The notes under the pieces were generated by a model that saw nothing but the letters and a program-made list of their open reading frames with translations, was not told the DNA's origin and did not search any database. A DNA stretch of 64,000 nucleotides. Source: Scenedesmus sp. PABB004 (lineage: Eukaryota). The stretch is taken from assembly GCA_014905635.1 (NCBI GenBank), contig JABVCE010000002.1:1364001-1428000 (forward strand), read 5' to 3'. The position numbers were made by a program, and so were the translations under genes. Of this stretch, positions 11,722-23,900 are shown in pieces (within the stretch, counting starts at the first letter, position 1; each line of letters opens with the position of its first letter).

Positions 11722-12443
11722 GGCTGGCGTGGCGCCGTCCGGCGCGGAGCGCCCGCAGGGGCCCGGGAGCGGCCTCCCCAGGCGGGGCTACGGCTGACGG
11801 GCGCGGCGCAGGGGGCGTTGAGTCGCTTGGCGCGCCGCGGGCTGCAGTTGCTCCGCGCGTGCGGTGTGCGGGTCGGCGCCGTTGCGGGGCAGCGGGAGGT
11901 GCTTTGCCGGCGGCGTGGGCACGGGGGAGTGGGGGAGAGCAGCCGGGGGCCGGCAGGCAGCCGCAGCAGGGATGGGAGCCTGGTCGGGCGGGCAAGGAGC
12001 ACCGTGGTCTGACATGCCGGTGCCCTACTCTACGCCCCAGCATCTCGCTCCTATCAGCTCAGAGCAGGCGTCCCAGGCCTCAAGCGGCGCATGGGGCGTC
12101 GTTGGGGAGCTGCCGGGCCGCGCTGGCGCGGGGCGCGGTCAGCATCGCGCGTCGCGGGACCCGCCGACGCGCCTCGCCGCCGAGCTGCGCGGGCGGCGCA
12201 TAGTGAGCAAGGACCTTACCTGCCGTGACCAGTGCGCGCGCACGGCGCGCCCCAGCCGCCGGCACGCGGGCGCCCGCCGCGCGTGACATGCGCGCCGCGC
12301 CCGCCACGCTCGTGCGGTCGCGCCCCGCCGCGCCCAGCCCGCACGCTGCTCCAGACGCTGCGCCGCAGCCGCGCGGCCCCTGATGGCGCCGCCGTGTGCC
12401 TCGCGGCGCTGCGTTTGCAGCCGCGCGCCGACCTGCAGCGAGC

Positions 12444-12645
12444 TCACGGGCCCCTGAGCACGCCTGCCGACAGCGGGGCCAGCACCTGCCACACGTCGTG
12501 CGCGTGCTCGCCGTGCGGGTTGTGCTCCCGGTCCTGCCGCTGCCCGTACGCCGCGGGCACGATGCGCAGAACAGCCCCCGGCGGCACCAGCTGCGCCGCG
12601 CCCTCCTCCTCTTCGCCCTCCACCACCCACACGCCCTCGTCCTGC

Positions 12646-12686
<41 letters not shown>

Positions 12687-12848
12687 TCGGCTGCTCGTCC
12701 GGAGGGCTCGGCCGTGCGCGGCGGGCCGCTGCACCCGGGCCCTGCGCCGCGCGGCGAGCGCCGCACCTCCTCGACCAGCGGCGAGAGCGCGACGCCGCCC
12801 GCGCCCACGTCCTGCACCAGGCCCAGCCGCAGCGCCGGCGCCGCGCCC

Positions 12849-12914
<66 letters not shown>

Positions 12915-13042
12915 GGCTGCGGCTGCGGCGCGTACTCCACGACGTCCCAGACCTGCAGCTGGTCGGCCGCCACAGCACGGGGCGCGGCCGCGCACGCGGC
13001 GCGGCGGCGCGCGCCGTGCGCTGCCTGCGGTTGCGGCGGCCA

Positions 13043-13073
<31 letters not shown>

Positions 13074-13228
13074 CCCCACCGCCGCGGGAGCCCGCGGGCG
13101 GCGCAGCGCCGGGCGCAGCTGCGCGGCTCGCGCAGCGGCGCCGCCGCGGGTCGCCGCCGGCGCGATCGCACCTGCGCGGCGCCGCAGCAGCCGGGCGGCG
13201 GGCGGGTCTGGCGGCGCGCCCGCAGCAT
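12444..13228 (-). CDS. Hypothetical protein, probably organelle-targeted, with poly-Q and an NPHGEHAH motif
   Basis: R/A/P-rich N-terminus, then LQVWDVVEY-polyQ-LRLGLVQDV...LSPLVEE, spliced (GT 12766...AG 12642) to DEGVWVVEG...QRQDREHNPHGEHAHDVWQVL*. The start codon is uncertain. Confidence 0.6.
12851..12913. repeat. (CTG/CAG)n trinucleotide run encoding poly-Q
   Basis: Uninterrupted ctg repeat seen directly. Confidence 0.9.
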
Positions 13229-13578
13229 GGGGGGCGGCGGCGAGCGCGCTCGCGGCAGCGGCGCGCGGGCGCCGCCCGCTGGCCAGGGGCAGCCGGGCCT
13301 GCCTGCGCGGCGCTCTCGGCAGGTCGCCGGGGCCGTGCGCGCCGTGATGGGCCATGCGGGCGCGCGGGGGGGGGGGCCCAGGCGGCGAGTGTGGGCCAGG
13401 GCCCAAGGGCCTGCTGACAAATGCGCCACGCGGCTCAAAGGCCTCTCCTCCGCGCACCCAGCGCGCTGAATTCGCAGACCACGTCGAGGGCGCGCAGCGC
13501 GGGGCCGCCAGCTCGCGAGCATCACCGCGCGTCCTCACATCCCGCGCCCTTCTTCACCTGCCGCGCGCGCGCCTCGCC

Positions 13579-16500
13579 ATGGCGCCCGGCGGGGGCGTGG
13601 CGCCCGATGAGGTGCGCACGGTGGCGCCGCACGGGGCGGGCGCGCGCCAGCAACTCCAGCAGCAACGGCCCGCGCCCCGCGCCCACCGTCTGGCCCCGCG
13701 CGCGCTCTCGCGGCCGCCAGGTGCTGGCGCCGCCGGCCCGGGACGAGGACTACGTGGCATGGCGCGCCTCGACCGACCTGCGGGCGCCCCACCGGTGCGG
13801 GCGCGGCGCACACCGCCCGCCGCTGCTCGCTGCGGCAGGGGGCGGCGGAGGGGCGCGCGCGGCGCCGCCCCGCGCCGGCCCAGTCGGCCGCCCAGCCGCC
13901 TGCCGGCGCGCGGGCGGCGCAAGCGCGCGCGGGCGATCGCAACACGCGTGCACACGCGTGCATGCGCCGCGCGCACGCGCCGCGCGCACGCGCCGCGCGC
14001 ACGCGCCGCGCGGAGCAGCGGCCGACGCCGCCGCCGCGCCGCGCCGCCGCCGCCGCGCCGCGCCCGCAGCGTGGCGCCCGAGTTCCTGGCGGGCACCAAG
14101 GCGGACGCGCTGTTTGACCGGCGCGACGAGGAGGCGCCGCTGATCGTCTTCATCAACGCCCGCTCCGGCGGCCGCGTCGGGCCGGAGCTCGCCAACGTGC
14201 TCGCGCGCGCGCTCGGCCGGTCACAGGTGCGCGCGCGCACGCGCGCGAGGGCGAGGGGGAGAGCGCGCGGGGGAGAGAGCGCGGGAGGGAGAGCCCTGTG
14301 CCGGGGACGCGCCGCGTAACGCGCCGCGCCGCCGCCGCAGGTCTTTGACCTGGCGTGCCACCGCCCCGATACGGTGCTGGCGCGCATCTGGAGCAACTTT
14401 GATGCGCAGGAGGCGGCCGGCAACGCGCGCGCGGCGCGCGTGCGCGCGCGGCTGCGCATCCTCGCCTGCGGCGGCGACGGCACGGTCGCGTGGATCCTCA
14501 AGGCCATACAGCAGCTGCGCCTGCAGCCGCAGCCGCCCGTGGCGGTCATGCCCCTGGGCACGGGTGAGCCCCGCGCCGCCGCGCGCCAGCGGCCGCGGCG
14601 AGCGCCGGTCCACGCCGCGCCGCGCCGCGCGCGCTGCGGCGGCCGACGCCGCGCGCCGCGCGCAGGCAACGACCTCTCGCGCTCGTTCAGCTGGGGCGCC
14701 GAGTTTGACTGGCGCTGGATCAAGGGCAACGCCAGCGTGTACAGCACGCTCAAGCGGGTGCGCGGGGGCACGGGGATGCGGCGCGGCTGCTCGGCGCGGG
14801 GCGGGGCGGGGCGCCGGCCGCGCGGGGGCGCCCGCCGAGGCGACGCCCCCGCGCCCGCGCCCACGCGCCCACCAGGTGGCGGACGCGCGCGTGGCGGAGC
14901 TCGACTGCTGGCGGCTGCGCCTGGTGCTGCCGGGGCAGCGCTACGCGCCGGCGCACACGTACGCGATGACCGCGGCGCCGGCCGACCCCGCCGACGCCGG
15001 CGCGGCGGAGCTCGCGGCACTTGCTGGGGGCGGCGCCGCCGCCGCGCGTGGCGGCGAGCGCGTGCTGCTTGAGGGGCTGTTTTGGAACTACTTCAGCGTC
15101 GGCGCGGACGCGCAGGCGGCGTACAACTTCCACCACCTGCGCGACGCGCACCCCGGCCTCGCCGCGCACCGCGTGGCCAACCAGTTTTGGTACAGCACCT
15201 TCAGCTGCACCTCCGGCTGGTTCTGCGGCGGCGTGCCGTCGGTGAGCCGGTTCGGCGCCGTGCAGGTGCTGCAGCCGGGCGCGTCGGCCTGGAGCGCGCT
15301 GCCCGTGCCGCCGGGCGTCAAGGCGCTCGTGCTGGTCAACCTGCAGTCCTACGGCGGCGGGCGCAACATCTGGGGCGCGAGCGAGAGCCGCAAAAAGTCC
15401 TGGCACACGCCGAGCGTCGCCGACGGCCTCATCGAGGCGCGGCCCGCGCCGCGCCGCCGCGGGCGCCGCCTTGGCCGCCGCCGTCGCGGGCGCCGCCGAC
15501 CCGCGCGGCCCGCGCCGACCCGCTCGGCCCGCCCCGGCCCGCGCCCCGCACCCCAGGTCGTCGGCTTCACGCACGGCTACCACGCGCTGGCCGTCATGGG
15601 CAGCCACGCGCGCCTCGCGCACGGCAAGCGCATCGCGCAGGTCGCGGGCATCCGGCTCGCGCTGCGCGCGCCCGCGCCGTCGCCCGACGGCGGCCCGGGG
15701 CTCGTGTACATGCAGCTGGACGGCGAGCCCTGGCAGCAGGACGTCCCCGCGGGCAGCGCGGAGGGGCACGTTGTGGTGAGCGCCGCCGCGCGCCGCCGCG
15801 CACAGCACAGCACAGCACCGCGGCGCCGCCGGCACGCGGCGCGCGTCCTCGCCGTCGGCTGACCCACCGCCGCCGCCGCCGCCGCCGCCTCCCCTCCTCC
15901 CGTGCAGCTGGAGGTCGTGCAGGCGGGCACCAGCAGGCTGCTGCTCAACTCGGGGCAGCCGGCGGACCACCCGGTCAGCAAGGTCACGCGCATCATCACC
16001 CCTCAGCAGGCGGCCGCGTACTGTAGCGAGGCGCCCGAGGAGGCGATCACGGCGTCCGCGGCGGCGGCGGCGGCGGCGCAGCAGCAGCGCGAGGCGGCGC
16101 TGGAGCTGGTCAAGGCGCAGCAGGCGCACTGGCAGGCGGGCGAGGCGGCGGCGCGCGGCGCCGCGGGCGCGCCCGAGGCGCCGCCGCTGGAGCCCGCCGC
16201 GCACGCGCGCGCCATGCCCGGCGGCGGCGGGCGCGCGATCTCGTGTGACGGCGGGCTGGCCGGCGCCAGCGGCGCCGGCGCCGCCGACGCGCTGGCGCTG
16301 GCTGCCTGCACCTCGATCAGCGAGCCCGGCACGGCGCCCAGCAGCCTGGCGGGCGGCGGCGGCGGCGGCGGCGACGTCAACGCGCGGCGCTCGCTGCAGC
16401 TGCTGCCCGGCGGCTGCTCGGCGCAGAGCTCGCCCGGCGGCATGCTCGAGTCGCCCAGCGCTGTCGCGGTGATCGAGGCGCTCCCCACGCCTGAGGGCCT

Positions 16501-16615
16501 CGGCGGCGCGCCGGCCAAGCCCCACCACCTCGCGGGCCGCGGCGCGCCGGCCGCGAAGGCGCCCACCTCGCCGCCGCTGGCGGGCGTGGCGGCCATGGGA
16601 CTGGGCGCCGCCTGA
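13579..16615 (+). CDS. DGK: Diacylglycerol kinase (plant-type, no C1 domains seen), multi-exon
   Basis: [49 protein letters not shown], accessory domain [63 protein letters not shown] at 17144. Confidence 0.95.
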
Positions 16616-17182
16616 CGGGCGGCGGCGGGGCGGGGGCGCGCGGCGCGCTGTGCCCGCGCGCCCATGCTGGCATCCCTTGCGCACGCCCTCAAGGCGCTGA
16701 ACAAAATGCTCGTTTGTTGTACATATGGGACAGAAGGCCCTGGGCTGGCTTGCAATCCCCTGCGCTCGCCTGGTGGCCCCGCGCGGCGCTTGCGCCGTGC
16801 GGGGCCCACATGCGGCGCGACCCCTTTTGACCTGACTGCTGCTCTGACTGTTGCTTGCCTCTCTGCGGCAGGGCGCGGGCTGCAGCCTGAATCAAGGTGC
16901 TGCGGGCGAGCAGGCGGCCCTGGGCGGCTGCAGGCCGCACGGGGAGCGCGCGCCCGTCGCCATCGCCGCTGACCGACCGACCCCGACGTATTGATTGATT
17001 CGCTCTCCTTGCCAAGCGGTTCGGTGGCAGCTTGGGGCCGCGCCTGTGCGTGGCTTGGTAGCCTTGTCGAGGGGCAGGAGGAGTGGGGGAGGCAGGCGGG
17101 CGCAGCGCGCAGGAGAGCGTCAAACGCACGCGCCCGCGGGGCATGTAATGCCTTTACCTTGCACGCCGTGCGCGCCCCGCCT

Positions 17183-18761
17183 CTACCCAAAACCTATCCG
17201 CCGCTTCCCGCGCCGCGCCGGCTGCTCCCCCGCCTCGCCGCCGGCGCCGCCAGCCCCTCGCGCTCGCCGCTGCAGCTGCGGCTCCTCCTGCTGCTCCGGC
17301 TGCTGCGGCTGCTGCTGCTGCTGGACGACAAAGCTGCCCGGGCACGTGCCCACATATTGCCACGGGTTGCGGCCGTACACGCGCTGCAGCAGCGCCGCCA
17401 GCTGCGGGTCGCGCCGGCGCAGCGCGGCTCGGCTGCTCACTCCGCCGTTGACGTCAGTCCGCGCGGTTGCGCCGAACCAGGCCTGGTTTGGCGAGGGCAC
17501 CGGGCCGGACAGCGTGAGCGCTTGCGCGGCGAGCGACCTGCGCGCTGGGCGGGCGCAGCGCGGCGCGGCGCGGCGCGGCGCGGCGCGGCGCGGCGCGGCG
17601 CGCCCGCCCACCTGCGTCCCCTCTGCCCAGTACTCGTCAGCGTTTTCCATCGCGTAGCAGTCTGGCGGCGGCGGGGGCGGGTGAGCAGGGCGGCGCGCGG
17701 GCCGCGCGGCGGGCGCGCCCCGGCCGGCGCGCCGCCGCGCCCGGCGCCGCACCCGCGGGCACGTAGATGCGGCGCGTGCGCGCGTGCTCGTACGCCGCCC
17801 GCACGTCCTCGAGGTCACGCTCAGCAAAGCCGAGCGCCATCACCGCGTGCGCGGCCTCGTGCACGGCGATGCTCTCGCTGGCGTAGCGCCTGCGCGGCGG
17901 CGCGGCGCGCGGCGCGGCGGCGGCGTGGGCGCCTGAGGGCCGGCGGGGGCGCGTAAGGGCCGGCGGGCCGGCGGGCCGGCAGGGGCGCCCCTGCCTGAGC
18001 GCGACGCACGTGTCCCCCGACATGAGCAGGTTTTCCTCCCCGCACGACGCCACGGGCACGGCGGCCGTGGCGCCGAGGCCGCGCGCCGTCGCGTCGACGT
18101 CGCGGCCGCCCGCGCCGCGCATGAAGCGGTGGGGCGGCACGTCGGTCGTGGCCTGCCGCCGGCCGATGATCGCAAACGCGCAGCGCGCAGCGCGCAGCCG
18201 CGCCAGGACGTCGCGCCGCGCGCGTGACAGCATGTGCCCCACTGTGCATGCCAGCGCGGCGACCGCGTCGTCGCAGACGCAGTCAAAGGCCCAGATGGCC
18301 AGCCCCGCGACCTCGCCCCGCGGCCGCCAGCGCCCCCACTCCGGGCGCCACCAGCTCTCGTCGCCCGGCGTTGGCAGCGGCTCCACGTGCAGGCGGCCGC
18401 CCGGCGCGACGACCAGCGCCGCCGACGGGCCTGCGGGCGGGGTGCGCGTTCAGCAGCAGCGCCGACACACCCGGGCGCCGAGGCCGGCCAGCAGCGGCGG
18501 TGCCCTGCCTCGGTACGTGCGCTCCCAGCTCGCCACCTCCAGCGCTTGAGCCGCTGGCCGCAGCCGCCAGACGTGGGTGTCGAACGAGCTCTGCGTCGCC
18601 GCCGCTCCGGGCGCGAGAGCGGCAGCGAAGATCTGCGCCTCGCCGTCGTAGTCCACCCAGGCCACCTCGATCGCGTGCTCACAACCATTGATCACGCGCA
18701 GCGTGATCGGCTGGGTGCTGTTCGAGTACGTGCTGCGCGCCGTTCGCGTGCGGCCCGCCAT
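17183..18761 (-). CDS. VHL beta-domain + HExxH zinc metallopeptidase-like protein, multi-exon
   Basis: The N-terminal STYSNSTQPITLRVINGCEHAIEVAWVDYDGEAQ...LAPGAAATQSSFDTHVWRLR resembles the pVHL beta domain. It is followed by RGLGAT...CGEENLL, ESIAVHEAAH (17847-17861), YAMENADEYWAEGTQ/AWF and RAALRRRDPQLAALLQRVYG. Confidence 0.8.
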
Positions 18762-18952
18762 CGCTGGACGAGCGCACGGTGCCACCGTGCATGGCAAACC
18801 GTACGGTAACGTGACGGTATACCGTGGTGCCCGGGGAGCACCGTAGCAACACGTCGGCGGCGGGTCGGGGCTTTTTGCGCGTCACTCGCGCCGCAGCGGC
18901 AGGGCTGGCCGGTCCCCGCCGCCGCTTTACCGCGGGCCCCGCGGGCTCTCAG

Positions 18953-20654
18953 TCAGTCAAACACCAGGGGCAGCGTGATCGCGGTGTCGCCCTCGGCGCA
19001 CGCCGGGAAGCGCGCGCCGAGCAGCGCGTCGCGCACGGTGTGCTGCACGGCGCCGCGCACGGTGCCCGCGTCGAGCAGCCCCGCGCCGAGCCCAAAGTCG
19101 GCCGCCGCCGCGGGCAGCGCGACCAGCGTGTCGGCCAGGAACTCCACGTCGCGCACGCGCCCCGTCTCGCCGCTCACGGTGAGCCGGCACGACAGCGTGC
19201 CACGGCACGGCGGCAGCGCCTGCAGCGTGTCCAGCATCGGCACCAGCGCCGCGTTGAGGGGGTCCAGCGCCGTCTCGTCCAGCGGCCCGTCGAAGAAGGG
19301 CGAGGGCTCGGTGAACCAGCCTGCACGCAGCAGCGCGCGCAGCGCGGGGGCTTGGCCGGGAGGGAGCAGGGCGGCGGCGGCTGCGGCGCTGGCGGTGCCA
19401 GCGCGGCGCGGCGCCGCGCCGCGCCCGCACCGTGCAGCACGAGGCGCCCCAGCTGCGGGTCGCGCGTGCCCGACACGGGCAGCACGCCGTGGGGGCAGCG
19501 CGGGTCAAAGAGGGTCAGCTGCCCGAAGGCCGGCGGCACGAGCGACGCGAGGTCTGGCAGCTCCAGGCCCCGCGCCGCGTCGAAGCCGGCCCAGAAGCCC
19601 CCCAGCAGGTGCGGCTGAAGGATCACCGTCTCGCCGCCTGGCGCGCGGCGCGGGCGCGGGCGCGGGCGCGGCGGCGGGGGCGTCGGCCGCCGCGCGCGCG
19701 CGCGCCCGCGCAGCCCTCTGCCCCCTCCGCACGCATGCCCGGCGCCGCGCACGCGCACCAGTGAACGCGCGGCCCTCCCAGGGCGTCAGGGAGAGGACGT
19801 ATGCAAAGGGGCCGTGATAGGAGTCGCAGTGCAGAGCCTGGTGGCCACCGTCCACGTAATAGGACACCCACACGGGGCTGATCGCGCGGCAGCCCTGCGT
19901 AACGCCGCGGGCGTGCGCGTGGGGGCAGGGCGGCGCGCGGCGGCGGTGTGGCGGCGCGCTCTCTGCGTGTTGCGCGTGCGCCGTCGCCGCGGCGCGCGCG
20001 CGGGGGCTGCGCGGGCTCACCAGCTCCCGCTCGCCGTACTGGAGCAGCGCGTCCACTAGGGCCTCGTGCAGCGGCTCCGGGAAGAGCACAGACGCCTGGC
20101 GGCGGCGCGGCGGCTCAGGGAACAGCGCCGACGCCTGGCGGCGGCGCGCGCGGGCCGCGGCCGGGCGCCGGCTGGCCGACCTGCGTGCGGTGCAGGTCGT
20201 ACTGGCTGACGGACGCGTCCGACGTCGTGGGGCAGCGCCAGTAGTCCCAGATGAAGCGCTCAGCGGACGTGTGGCGCGGGTCCGCAACGGCCGCGTCGAA
20301 CACCTCGCGCAGCTGTCGGCAGAGCGCCGGCGCAAAGTCCGGCACCGTGCGGACGTGCTGGGCCTTGCTCAGCTCCGTGAGCTCCGTGGCCGCGCTGTCA
20401 TCATCATCGTGAGAGTCCTCCGCTTCGTCCTCGTCGGCGCCGCGGCGCGGCGGCGAGCGGCGGGGCTGCCGCCGCTGCTGCTGCCGCTTGTGCGCCGCCC
20501 GGCTGCCGGCAAAGCCGCCGCCAGCAGCTGGAGGGGGCGCAAGCTGCCGAGCGCGGGGAGGGCGCCCGCTCGCGATCCGCTGAGCGCCGTGCGAGCTGGC
20601 AGGGGTGCCGGCAGCCGCCTGGCGCAGCGTCGGCCGCTGCTGCACATGCAGCAT
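18953..20654 (-). CDS. 2-oxoglutarate/Fe(II)-dependent dioxygenase, probably organelle-targeted, multi-exon
   Basis: RFIWDYW, WVSYYVDGGHQALHCDSYHGPFAYVLSLT (HxD), FT/GGETVIL, LTLFDPRCPHGV (distal His), RLVLHG/WF. Confidence 0.85.
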
Positions 20655-20916
20655 GGCCCCAGGTCGCGCGAGCTCGACAAAGGACGCGGCGAGTCACGGC
20701 CGTACGCTGGCCAGCTGCCGCCACGCACGGCGGCGGGCGCGGGCCGGCGCGCGCGACGTCGCAAGCTGGTCGGCAGCTGCGCGCGGCGGCGGCTGCGGCT
20801 CGCGGCGGCGCGTGGGGAGGACACGTCAGGCTGGCCGGTGCTCGTGGTCCGCGGGAATGCAACCCCACCAGCACGTGCGGTTCACGCGCAGCAGGGCACT
20901 GCATGCTGAAACCCGG

Positions 20917-23900
20917 TCACGCGAGCGAGCGCTGCAGCTGCAGCAGCGCCGCCACCTCGGGCAGCAGCTCCAGGTCGCTCCCGGGCGCGGGCGTGGGGAC
21001 GAGGCGCACCGAGAAGCCCCCTGCCGCCGCGCCGTCACCGCAGGCCGCGTCGAGCGTGGGCGGCGCGAACGCTGCCTGCTTAGGCGGCCTCGGCGCCGCC
21101 GCCTGGTCGCCGCGCGACCGCGCGGCGGCCGCGGCGTCGGCCTCCACCTCCCAGACGCGCCGTTGCTGCGCGCGTGCGCGCGCCTCGAGCTCCGCCAGCT
21201 CCGCTCCGTGCCGTGCCTCGGCGCGCGCCAGCGCGCGCACCGCTTCCTCGCGCGCGGCCTCGGCGGCGGCGGCCGTGCCCTGCTGCTCGCGCAGCTGGCG
21301 CCGCAGGCTGGCCACCTCCTCCTCGTGCGCGAGGCGCAGCGCGGCCAGCTGGTCGGTAGCTGCAGCGGCGCCGGCCGCGGCCGGCCGCGCCGCTGCGCCG
21401 CCGCCAGGCCCGGCCTCGCCGGCGGGAGGCGCTGGCGCTGCGGGCTCGGCCTGCCGGGCTCGCAGGGCAGGCAGCTCCTCGGCAAGCTGCCTGCCAGCTG
21501 CCAGCTCCTCTGCCGCTGCCTGAAAGGCCGCGCGCGCGCTGTCGGCGGCCGCGCCGGCGTGCTGCGCCGCTGCGCGGCTGGCGGCCAGCTCCAGGCGGAG
21601 CGCCGCCGCCGTCGCCTCGGCCTGCTGCACCGCCGCCGCCGCCTGGGCGTGCTGTCCCGCCGACAGGTCACACGCAGCCTCCGCCGCGCGCAGCTGCCCG
21701 GCGAGCCCGTCTGCCGCCGCGAGCGCCTGCTCGCCGCCGTGCCGTGCGCGGGCCAGCCGCCGCTGCAGCGCTGCCGCCTGCTCGCGCGCTGCTGCCGCCC
21801 GTCCTGCGTCGGCGGCCACTGCCGCCTGGGCGGCCGCCAGCTGCTGCTCCAGCCGGCCGCACTCTCGCTGCGCCGCGCCGCGCTGGCCTGCGAGCTCGTG
21901 CTGCTGCTGCTCCAGCGCCTGGCGGTGCGCGGCAGCCGCGGGACGCCGTCAGCGTCGCGAGCGCCGCGCGCAGCGACCCGCTGGTCCCACCCAGCGCGCG
22001 CTCCCCGCTCACCGCCAGCCGCCGCACCGCGTCCGCGAGCTCGCTCTGGCTGCTGGCGAGGCTGCTGCGCGCCGCCGCCAGGCTCGCATGGGCGGCGACC
22101 AGCTCTCCCTGGCTGGCCTGCAGCGCCGCCTGCAGCCGCAGGCCGTTCATCACGGCGGGGCACTCGAGCAGCGCGGCGCCGCCGACGGGCCCCAGGCCGC
22201 CCTGGCCGCCGAGCAGGAGGAGCCGCGTGCCCAGCAGCGTGAGCGTGTGCAGCGCGCGGCCAGTCGGGGGCGTGCCCGACGCCGGGGCTGCGGGCGAGCG
22301 GGGCGCGGGCACGGCGGGTCAGTGGGGTCGCCGCACGGCGGCGCGGGCGGCCGAGACAGCAGCTGAGCCTCGGCAGTCCGCGCGGAAGCTGCCTCACCAG
22401 CGGGCCGCAGGTCCAGCCACGCGCCCGTGTGCGTGTCGTAGCTCCAGGTGTCCCCGCAGAGCTCGTGCGTGCCGCTGTAGCCGCCGTGCACCAGCAGGAA
22501 GCGCCCGGCCACGGCTTCGAGCACGTGCGCGCGCCGCGGCGGCGGGCCGGCTCCGCGGCCGTGCTGCGCCAGCTTTTGCCACTGCCAGCTGGTGAGATCG
22601 AGCCGCCACAGGTCGCTGAGGTGGCAGCCGTCCGCGCCGAGGCCGCCGTGTACCCACAGCGCGCCGCCGAGCACCGCGGCGGCGTGGCTGCGCCGCCTCG
22701 CCGGCCGCGGCGCGCCCGCGCCGAGGCTGGGCGCCCACCACTCCTGGTGGTCCATGCTGAACACCCAGACGTCGCCCAGGCAGCCCTCGCGCCCGCCGGA
22801 GCCGCCAAACACCACGAGGCTGCGCCCCGCGGCGTCGTGGCAGCAGCTGTGGTGGGAGCGCGCCGGCGGCGCGCGCGTGCCGGCGCGCGGCGCCAGCCGT
22901 GACCAGCTAGCCGCCCAGGCGCCGCCGGGCCCGGCCGGCGCCGCAGCGTCGCCGGTGCGCCGCAGCGTGCACAGCAGCAGCTCCAGCTGCGCCGGGCCGC
23001 CGTCGCCGGCAAAGCCGCCACTGACGACAAAGCGGTCGCGCCCGCAGGCGGCCGCCGCAAAGTCGCGCAGCGGCGCCGGCCAGCCCGCGGGCGCGGCCGA
23101 GCCGCGCCCGAGCACCGCGCCGCCGCCGCCACCCTCGGCGGCCGGCACGGGCGCGGCAGACAGGCGCGGCTCGCCCCCGGCCCCCTCGCTCAGCATCAGC
23201 AGGGTCAGGTCGTTGTGCCAGGCCGGGCCGGCTGTGCCGCCAAAGACCAGGACGCAGCCGCCGCCGCCGGGGCCGGGCGGCTGCAGCGCGTCCAGCGCGA
23301 GCGCGGCGTGCCGCGCGCGCGGCGCGAGCGACGGCGCGCCGGGTGCGAACGCGACCGACCGCCAGCGCAGCGCCGGCGCGAGCTGCAGGCCCGCCAGCGC
23401 GCCGGCGCAGGCCGACGACGCCTGCGCCGTGAGCTCTGCGTTGCGCAGCTCCAGCAGCCGCGCCTGCTCCGCCGCTGCCGCCTCGCGCGCCGCGGCTCGG
23501 TCCGCCGCCGCGCCGGCGGCGCGCAGCGCGTCCTGCAGCTGGGCGGCGCCCTGTGCGGCCGCGTGGCGCGCCTGCGCGGTGGCGCCCTGCCGCCAGGCCC
23601 ACCAGGTCCGGCGCAGCAGCAGCTGCGACGCCGCAGCGCGCCGCGCGCGCAGCAGCCGCGCCCGCCGGGCCCGCGCCGCCGCGACGCGCCGCCAGCTGCG
23701 GAGGCTCGCGGCCGCGCGCCGCAGCGCCAGCTGCCGCGCTGCGCACGCCTCGCGCGCGTGCGCGCGGAATGCGGCGAGGCCCCACTGCTTCGCCAGCTGC
23801 GCCGCCACTGCCGCCAGCGCCGCCGCGCCGCACTCGCGCGCCGTTGCCTCGGCCGGCAGCCGCGCCCAGCGCAGCCAGGCGCGGCGCAGGACGGCCCCGG

